Below are positions 47,405 through 52,774 of a DNA stretch of 52,774 nucleotides, piece by piece. Position 1 is the stretch's first letter; every line of letters starts with the position of its first letter. The translations under genes were made by a program, and so were the position numbers. The DNA is from a virus (Duplodnaviria; Caudoviricetes): positions 1 to 52,774 of the IMG/VR virus record IMGVR_UViG_3300025679_000009; one strand, given 5' to 3'. Below the pieces are notes generated by a model that was given only the letters and a program-made list of their open reading frames with translations, had not been told where the DNA came from and did not search any database.

Positions 47405-49203
47405 GCTGCCAGCCTCTCGCTCTCCACGATCCAGTCCTGCAGCTGCACGAGGCCCTTCGAGGGATAGTCGACCAGGTCCATGCCCTTCAGTTCGGAGAGG
47501 CGGTCTTTGATGTTGCTGCCGTCCGGAGCCCAATTTAGGTGTTGCGCGAGGACGGCGCGCTCAACGGGACCGCGCGGGAAGGCGAGCAGCGCGTCGAACA
47601 GTGTGGTCTGCGGTCCCGTGAGCACCGCGCGGATCCCGTCAATGACGGAGCCGCTCATGTCGGGATCCGGCGCGATCGCCGCGCCCTCGTCGGTGAAGCT
47701 CACAAAGCCCTCGCGCGGATAAAACACGAGGCCTTTGCCCTTCAGCTCGGACAAGCGGTCCTTCAGGTTGCTGCCGGTCGGCTTCCAGCGGCAGATGGCC
47801 GCGACCTGCCGGCGGTTGGGTTGGTCGTTGCCCATGTTCTTCCACCAAGCCAGCGCGCGCAGGAGCGCGATCTGCGGGTTCGTCAGGACGCCGGTGATCT
47901 CGTCGGCGACGGCGATCGGGGTAGCCGGCTTGGCATAGGACGGTGTTTGGGGCACGACGCTTGGCATGGAGCGGGGCACAACAGCGGCCGGCGCCGGCTG
48001 ATACTCGATCGCGTCCTGCAGCTTCGGACGGGCCCGGGCGGATTGCTCCGCTGCGGTGAAAAACGCATCGAGCGGCCGCAGCTTCTCGCGCAGGTCCTTG
48101 AAGAACTGCAGCTGCGCGTCCTTGATCTGCTTCTCGGCCGCGGCCGAGAGCTTCTTGCGCGCCTGCTCGAAGCCGCGCTTCTCCGCTGCCTCGAGTGCGG
48201 GCTTGTCGGCGACCGGCTTGGCGGGGGCCTTGGCTGCCGCCGATTGCACCTGGCGCTCGAGCTTCGCCCGCTCTGCCTTTAGCCCGGCGATCTCGGCCCG
48301 CAATTTCTTCGGATCGTTTGCCTTCGCTTCCTCTTCGATCGCCGCGAGCTGGCCTTTGAGCGCACCGACGTCGACGGGTTTGAGCGCCGCCGTGCGCTTC
48401 TGCTTCTCGCCGCGCTTCGGTGTGCGCGAGGAATCGAACGTTTCCTTTTGCGGAAACTTCGCGGTGCCGAGCACGCCGCGGCCGGGCAGCCACACGACGC
48501 CCTGGCCGACTTCCATCGCCGGCAGGGCGTCCTTGATCTCGCGGCCCTGCGCCTTGTCCGCCTGGCCCTCGATCCAGCTGTCGAGCGCGTCGCGATCCTG
48601 CGATGACGTGAGTTTGAACGCGATCAGGCCGTCGACCTGGCTGAGCACGTTTTTGTTGAGCACGGCCGGGCGCTGCGAGATCAGCCACGGGATGAAGCCT
48701 TTGACGCGGCCGCGGCGGACGATGTTCTCCATGTGGCCGAGCAGCGTTTCGTCGCCGCCGGCGGGCTTCTGCGGCGCGAACAGATCGGCCTCGTCGACGA
48801 TCAGATGGAACGGCTCGCCGGTGGCCTTGCGATAGAGCGTGTCGAGGAAGGCCGTCATGAAGCGGCGCTCGGCGGATTTGGAGCCGAGCTCGCGCAGGTC
48901 GATGATGCAGCTCTCCGCCATCGTCGCCGCCGTCTCGCCGATCAGTGCGCCGGCGTGCTCGGTCAACGGCAAGTCGCCGCGCGGGCCGCCGAAGATGACG
49001 ACGTTGAACGGCGAGGCGTGCTTGCCGTCGGCGGTGAGGCGCAGGCCCCACCACACCCCAAGCGGATCGACGATGACGACGCGCGCCTTCTTGCTCAGGA
49101 GGCGCTCGACCGCGACGCCGGCGTTGTAGGTCTTGCCGCTTCCTGAGGTGCCTAGGAAGCCGAGACGATCGTCCAGCGCTGCACTCGGGATGGGGTGGCT
49201 CAC
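47401..49203 (-). CDS. HerA/DUF87-like ATPase with C-terminal tandem winged helices
   Basis: GTSGSGKT Walker A, IVDP.G, LIVDEAD Walker B, RRGR, SQRPA; GTG start coupled to upstream stop. Confidence 0.85.
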   Translation of the reverse strand: MSHPIPSAALDDRLGFLGTSGSGKTYNAGVAVERLLSKKARVVIVDPLGVWWGLRLTADGKHASPFNVVIFGGPRGDLPLTEHAGALIGETAATMAESCIIDLRELGSKSAERRFMTAFLDTLYRKATGEPFHLIVDEADLFAPQKPAGGDETLLGHMENIVRRGRVKGFIPWLISQRPAVLNKNVLSQVDGLIAFKLTSSQDRDALDSWIEGQADKAQGREIKDALPAMEVGQGVVWLPGRGVLGTAKFPQKETFDSSRTPKRGEKQKRTAALKPVDVGALKGQLAAIEEEAKANDPKKLRAEIAGLKAERAKLERQVQSAAAKAPAKPVADKPALEAAEKRGFEQARKKLSAAAEKQIKDAQLQFFKDLREKLRPLDAFFTAAEQSARARPKLQDAIEYQPAPAAVVPRSMPSVVPQTPSYAKPATPIAVADEITGVLTNPQIALLRALAWWKNMGNDQPNRRQVAAICRWKPTGSNLKDRLSELKGKGLVFYPREGFVSFTDEGAAIAPDPDMSGSVIDGIRAVLTGPQTTLFDALLAFPRGPVERAVLAQHLNWAPDGSNIKDRLSELKGMDLVDYPSKGLVQLQDWIVESERLAA

Positions 49204-50873
49204 GTGCGCACCGCCTCGCGATAATGTTTGGGACTGATGCCGTAGCTCGCTGCGATCACCTCCGCCGGCGTGTCGCCGCGCATGGCCCCGAGGTGGAATT
49301 TCCGCCTGGTGCCGTCCGGCTCGAGCGATCCGTTGAGCACTTCGACGACTCGTAGGCGATCGCCGGCGACGTCGAGATCGAGCAGTCGCCGCGGCTGGCC
49401 GTGTAGCTCGTCGGCGGCGATCACCTTCGCGTGCCGCTCGGCGAGATATCGTTCGAAGCCGAAGACCTCGAGCATCATGCGGCGAAGTTCGGCATTGCGC
49501 TCCCCCTCGATCGCGGAGGGCGTCAGCCTTGCGCGCTCGCGGATGATCCATTCGTGCGAGCGCGGGATCTGCATTCCGTGCCAGAAATACAGGTCCCAGC
49601 CGTCGCTATAGGCGATCGCGGGGCCGCTCTCGGCGTGCAGACGTCCCGCGGCGTTGCGCTTCAGCAGTCGCGGTCGGTCAGACACCATCGCGTAGTCGGT
49701 GTTGAGCATGTACGGGCCGCCCTGGCTGTGGGCGACCTCGTAGGCCGCGAGTTCGTCGGCAAGGTCGATCTCGAGGCCGCAGACGTCGCGGAAGAACGTC
49801 GTCCAGGATGCCCACCAACACCACAGATTGCCGCCCGAGTCGCCGGCATAGGCCGCGCACCGCAGGAGGAAGAGCGCGTCCTGATCGACCGCGCTGCGAA
49901 CCGCGCTGCGAACCGCGCTGCCAACCGCGCTGTCGACCGCGCTGCGAACCGCGCTGCGAACCGCGCTGCGAACCGCGCTGCGAACCGCGCTGCCAACCGC
50001 GCTGCCAACCGCGCTGCCAACCGCGCTGCGAACCGCGCTGCGAACCGCGCTGCCAACCGCGCTGCGAACCGCGCTGCCAACCGCGCTGTCGACCGCGCTG
50101 CCAACCGCGCTGCCAACCGCGCTGCGAACCGCGCTGCCAACCGCGCTGTCGACCGCGCTGCCAACCGCGCTGCCAACCGCGCTGTCGACCGCGCTGCGAA
50201 CCGCGCTGTCGACCGCGCTGCCAACCGCGCTGTCGACCGCGCTGCCAACCGCGCTGTCGACCGCGCTGCGAACCGCGCTGTCGACCGCGCTGCGAACCGC
50301 GCTGCGAACCGCGCTGTCGACCGCGCTGCGAACCGCGCTGCCAACCGCGCTGTCGACCGCGCTGCGAACCGCGCTGTCGACCGCGCTGTCGACCGCGCTG
50401 TCGACCGCGCTGCCAACCGCGCTGTCGACCGCGCTGTCGACCGCGCTGCCAACCGCGCTGTCGACCGCGCTGCCAACCGCGCTGCGAACCGCGCTGTCGA
50501 CCGCGCTGCGAACCGCGCTGTCGACCGCGCTGCCAACCGCGCTGTCGACCGCGCTGTCGACCGCGCTGTCGACCGCGCTGCGAACCGCGCTGCCAACCGC
50601 GCTGCGAGCAGGGAAGCCGTGCCGCAGCGCGTGGATGGCGCCACCGGCGACGCCGAATGCGATGCGTAGCGTGAACGGCGACGGCACGAAGATCACTGCC
50701 TTTGGTGGCCGCAGATTGGCCCGCTGATACATGATGCGGATCGCAGCATCGACCTCCTTCCGTTCTTTTGCCGACATCGGATCGGTCGAGAGACCGATCC
50801 TGATCCATTTGTCGCGCCACTCGGGCATGCGCGCGGCGTGTGCCGGCGTGAGGCTGTCAATCCGTTTCACCAT
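49200..50873 (-). CDS. DUF6745-like protein with 60 SAV[D/G/R] repeats
   Basis: C-terminal SDRP...GRLH...GPAI.YSDGW..Y.WHG...I..E.NAELRR; N-terminal W...GLST. Confidence 0.8.
   Translation of the reverse strand: MVKRIDSLTPAHAARMPEWRDKWIRIGLSTDPMSAKERKEVDAAIRIMYQRANLRPPKAVIFVPSPFTLRIAFGVAGGAIHALRHGFPARSAVGSAVRSAVDSAVDSAVDSAVGSAVDSAVRSAVDSAVRSAVGSAVDSAVGSAVDSAVDSAVGSAVDSAVDSAVDSAVRSAVDSAVGSAVRSAVDSAVRSAVRSAVDSAVRSAVDSAVGSAVDSAVGSAVDSAVRSAVDSAVGSAVGSAVDSAVGSAVRSAVGSAVGSAVDSAVGSAVRSAVGSAVRSAVRSAVGSAVGSAVGSAVRSAVRSAVRSAVRSAVDSAVGSAVRSAVRSAVDQDALFLLRCAAYAGDSGGNLWCWWASWTTFFRDVCGLEIDLADELAAYEVAHSQGGPYMLNTDYAMVSDRPRLLKRNAAGRLHAESGPAIAYSDGWDLYFWHGMQIPRSHEWIIRERARLTPSAIEGERNAELRRMMLEVFGFERYLAERHAKVIAADELHGQPRRLLDLDVAGDRLRVVEVLNGSLEPDGTRRKFHLGAMRGDTPAEVIAASYGISPKHYREAVRT
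49884..50603 (-). repeat. coding tandem array, 60 x 12 bp, three alleles
   Basis: AGCGCGGTCGAC (D, 22; last copy ends GAT), AGCGCGGTTGGC (G, 19), AGCGCGGTTCGC (R, 19). Confidence 0.97.
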
Positions 50874-50904
50874 GGCTCCTGTCCCTCTGTTCTTGTGGTG
50901 GTGA

Positions 50905-51405
50905 TCAGTCGGCGACGACGCGTTCTTCGGCGCCGGCGCTCTCGATCTGTCGGCCGATGAGATAATTGCCCGGCGGTACGCGGATGCTGTTGTGCTCCTG
51001 GTGCGCGATCGTCATTGGACCGTCCTCGACGACGAGGCAGCCAACGACAAGATCGGCGCGCGTCAGAAGCCCGCGGCTCTGCATCTGAGCCGCGACGTTT
51101 GGATCGCGATAGAGCCGCGCGTGACCGATGCTGGCCTTGGCGCCGCCAAGCTTCTTGCGCAGCGACGTATCGCGAACCTGCAGCACCGGATCGGCCTGCA
51201 CATCGGTCTTGCGGAAGCGCCGCTCGCGCGGCAGCGCGATGTGGTGGTGATGGCCAGTCAGCTCGCCTTCCTGCAGGATGAGTTTGTTGTCGACCGGTTG
51301 GATCTCGTCGGTGGTAGACACCTTGATGCCGGCAGGGATAGGGACGATCGAGACGTCACCTTGGAACGCCTGGCCCTTGGTGGGATCGAAATCATGAACG
51401 CGCAT
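50905..51405 (-). CDS. His-rich partner protein of the DUF6745-like gene
   Basis: QGDV...LILQEGELTGHHH...HQEH..I.VPPG.Y...RQ.E. Confidence 0.75.
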   Translation of the reverse strand: MRVHDFDPTKGQAFQGDVSIVPIPAGIKVSTTDEIQPVDNKLILQEGELTGHHHHIALPRERRFRKTDVQADPVLQVRDTSLRKKLGGAKASIGHARLYRDPNVAAQMQSRGLLTRADLVVGCLVVEDGPMTIAHQEHNSIRVPPGNYLIGRQIESAGAEERVVAD

Positions 51406-51420
51406 TGTCGGTCTCCTCGT

Positions 51421-51750
51421 TCAATTCTCGGGGGGGGGGGTATACTCGCCTTCACGCAACCTACGGTTAATTCGATCTTCGGTGGCTTGGCGCTCCGCGC
51501 GCCGCAACATCAGCGACTCGGCCCGCAGCGCACCCTCCCGCGTAAGCGAGTAGAAGGGGCCTTCGGGTCGGCCGCGCTGGATGTTTTGCCGGTGCCAGAT
51601 GTTCAGCAGGCCGAGGCGGCAGAGGCCGCCTGCGAGTTCGCGCACGCCGGAGAGCAAAGTGACCGGCATTGATGCACCGCCGCAACGGAGCAGGTGAACG
51701 ACAATGTCGATTTCTTGCCGCGTGAGCGGCCGGTCGGTCGTGCGCGTCAC
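51421..51750 (-). CDS. wHTH-like hypothetical protein
   Basis: LCRLGLL...FYSLTREG; GGAG RBS, GTG start. Confidence 0.55.
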   Translation of the reverse strand: MTRTTDRPLTRQEIDIVVHLLRCGGASMPVTLLSGVRELAGGLCRLGLLNIWHRQNIQRGRPEGPFYSLTREGALRAESLMLRRAERQATEDRINRRLREGEYTPPPEN

Positions 51751-51763
51751 GCGGCACTCCCGA

Positions 51764-51878
51764 TGTCAGAATCACACCTCGCTTTTACCCGGGACTTGCC
51801 CCGGTTGCGCCGGGGTTTGTCAGAATCGCAGGTAGCAATATCAATGGGTTGATGCAGGTTCGAATCCTGCTGCCCGGA
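51764..51878 (+). other. relic att arm: two direct repeats, IHF consensus and a tRNA T-arm fragment
   Basis: TGTCAGAATC at 51764 and 51818; TATCAATGGGTTG at 51839-51851; GCAGG-TTCGAAT-CCTGC at 51854-51870. Confidence 0.55.
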
Positions 51879-52172
51879 CGCCTTCATCCGGTGCCTCCTT
51901 GCACTGCTCGCGCGATTGCTGAGAGCGTCGCGCGTCGATCGAGACGCCCCGGATGATCCGCTCGAACCGCGGCGTAGATCGTCACGGTGAGCGCACCGAC
52001 GGCGACCTCGAAAGCGGCGCCCCCGCGTACGCGCACTCCCAGGCGTTTCACTGCCGCCAGGAACGCGTCATGCGTCAGGTCGCGTTTGGCGCGCAGCCGA
52101 TGCTCGGGCGCTGGCAGGGCGAACAGCGTCAGCTGACGCGGCGATCGACGACGGCCTTGCGCTCGAGATCGT

Positions 52173-52234
52173 TTCGACTCCAGAGTCGAATCCCGGGCCT
52201 TAGTGCCGTTCTGGTCCGTGCGAGGAGTCGAATC
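52173..52234. promoter_or_regulatory. putative integrase arm-type sites at attR (GAGTCGAATC x2 plus inverted partial copy)
   Basis: 10-mer at 52183-52192 and 52225-52234; TTCGACTC at 52173-52180. Confidence 0.65.
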
Positions 52235-52268
52235 GTTGCTAGAAAAACCTTGCGAAGACCCCCGATGA

Positions 52269-52320
52269 CGCTGCCCTGTCACGGCAGAGGCCGCGGGTTC
52301 GAGTCCCGTCGCTCCCGCCA
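52269..52320 (+). repeat. attR core (52-bp duplicate of tRNA-Asp 3' part)
   Basis: CGCTGCCCTGTCACGG...CGCTCCCGCCA identical to 78-129. Confidence 0.95.
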
Positions 52321-52382
52321 TTCTTTCAATGACTTAGTCCCGTATTCGGGTGCCGTATTCGCACCCTCCGAGGGGCGTCACA

Positions 52383-52774
52383 ATGACAATTCCGGATGCG
52401 GTTTCGGGCGTTGAAGCCCTGTTCTTCGACGTGTTCGGAACCCTGCTCGATTGGCGGACGTCGATCGCCCGTGAGGCGGAAAAAGTCCTCAGCCCCCTTG
52501 GCCACAAGCTCGACTGGATCGCCTTTGCCGATGCCTGGCGGGGCGAATACCAGCCCGGCATGGAGGAGGTGCGCTCCGGCCGCATCCCGTTCTCCAAGCT
52601 CGACGTGCTGCACAGGCGCAATCTCGAACGCTGCCTGCCACGCTTCGGCGTCAGTGACCTCGGCGAAGCGACGATGCAGAACCTCAACAATGCCTGGCAC
52701 CGGCTCGACGCTTGGCCGGACGTGCCGGCGGCGCTGGCGCGGCTCAAGCGCAAATACATCATCGCGCCGTGCTC
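52383..52774 (+). CDS. haloacid dehalogenase type II (host gene, runs off window)
   Basis: MTIPDAVSGVEALFFDVFGTLLDWR HAD motif I; AWHRLDAWPD. Confidence 0.88.
   Translation, partial: MTIPDAVSGVEALFFDVFGTLLDWRTSIAREAEKVLSPLGHKLDWIAFADAWRGEYQPGMEEVRSGRIPFSKLDVLHRRNLERCLPRFGVSDLGEATMQNLNNAWHRLDAWPDVPAALARLKRKYIIAPC

Larger units (their letters stand above)
78..52320. mobile_element. complete temperate prophage with podoviral (T7/BPP-1-like) morphogenesis genes
   Basis: Bounded by a 52-bp direct repeat of the tRNA 3' end; contains integrase, immunity switch, terminase, portal, capsid, tail and lysis genes. Confidence 0.95.

Noticed and set aside
49884-50603. CRISPR array
   Set aside because: Contiguous 12-bp in-frame coding units, no unique spacers, no cas genes
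49431-50820. Alternative-frame ORFs over the array (RAAN, PRCQ, QRGW, ARST repeats)
   Set aside because: The repeat has no stop codon in other frames; only the SAVx frame has flanking globular domains and operon coupling
51456-51470. CtrA-like site (TTAA-N7-TTGC on minus strand)
   Set aside because: Second half-site has two mismatches and lies within an ORF; too weak
51854-51880. Functional phage tRNA
   Set aside because: Only a T-arm; no D arm, anticodon arm or CCA; treated as an att relic

Overview
Almost the whole window (78-52320) is an apparently intact ~52 kb temperate prophage from a high-GC alphaproteobacterium, probably Hyphomicrobiales-like (inference). It is integrated in the 3' part of tRNA-Asp(GTC), and a 52-bp duplication marks attL/attR. 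Gene order: divergent tyrosine integrase and xis, leftward early genes, cI/cro switch with three palindromic operators, GapR homologue, MT-A70 methyltransferase, replication protein, Q-like regulator, a second Cre-like recombinase with a lox-like site, then terminases and a T7/BPP-1-like podoviral structural module (portal, scaffold, capsid, tail tubes, four ejection proteins). Two tail fibre/receptor-binding genes, an inverted acyltransferase-3 moron, the lysis cassette and a leftward accessory arm follow; that arm encodes a Gp49/66 (Acb4-like) protein, ASCH, a HerA-like ATPase, a DUF6745-like protein with 60 perfect SAV[D/G/R] repeats and its His-rich partner. A host haloacid dehalogenase gene starts at the right edge. 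The most unusual signals are the three-letter tetrapeptide array and its operon, a perfect chromosome-type parS next to gapR plus a Cre/lox-like pair, several orphan C-terminal copies of neighbouring genes, att arm sites built from tandem GANTC motifs, and a fossil second att arm. All family calls come from motif recognition by eye; no searches were run.
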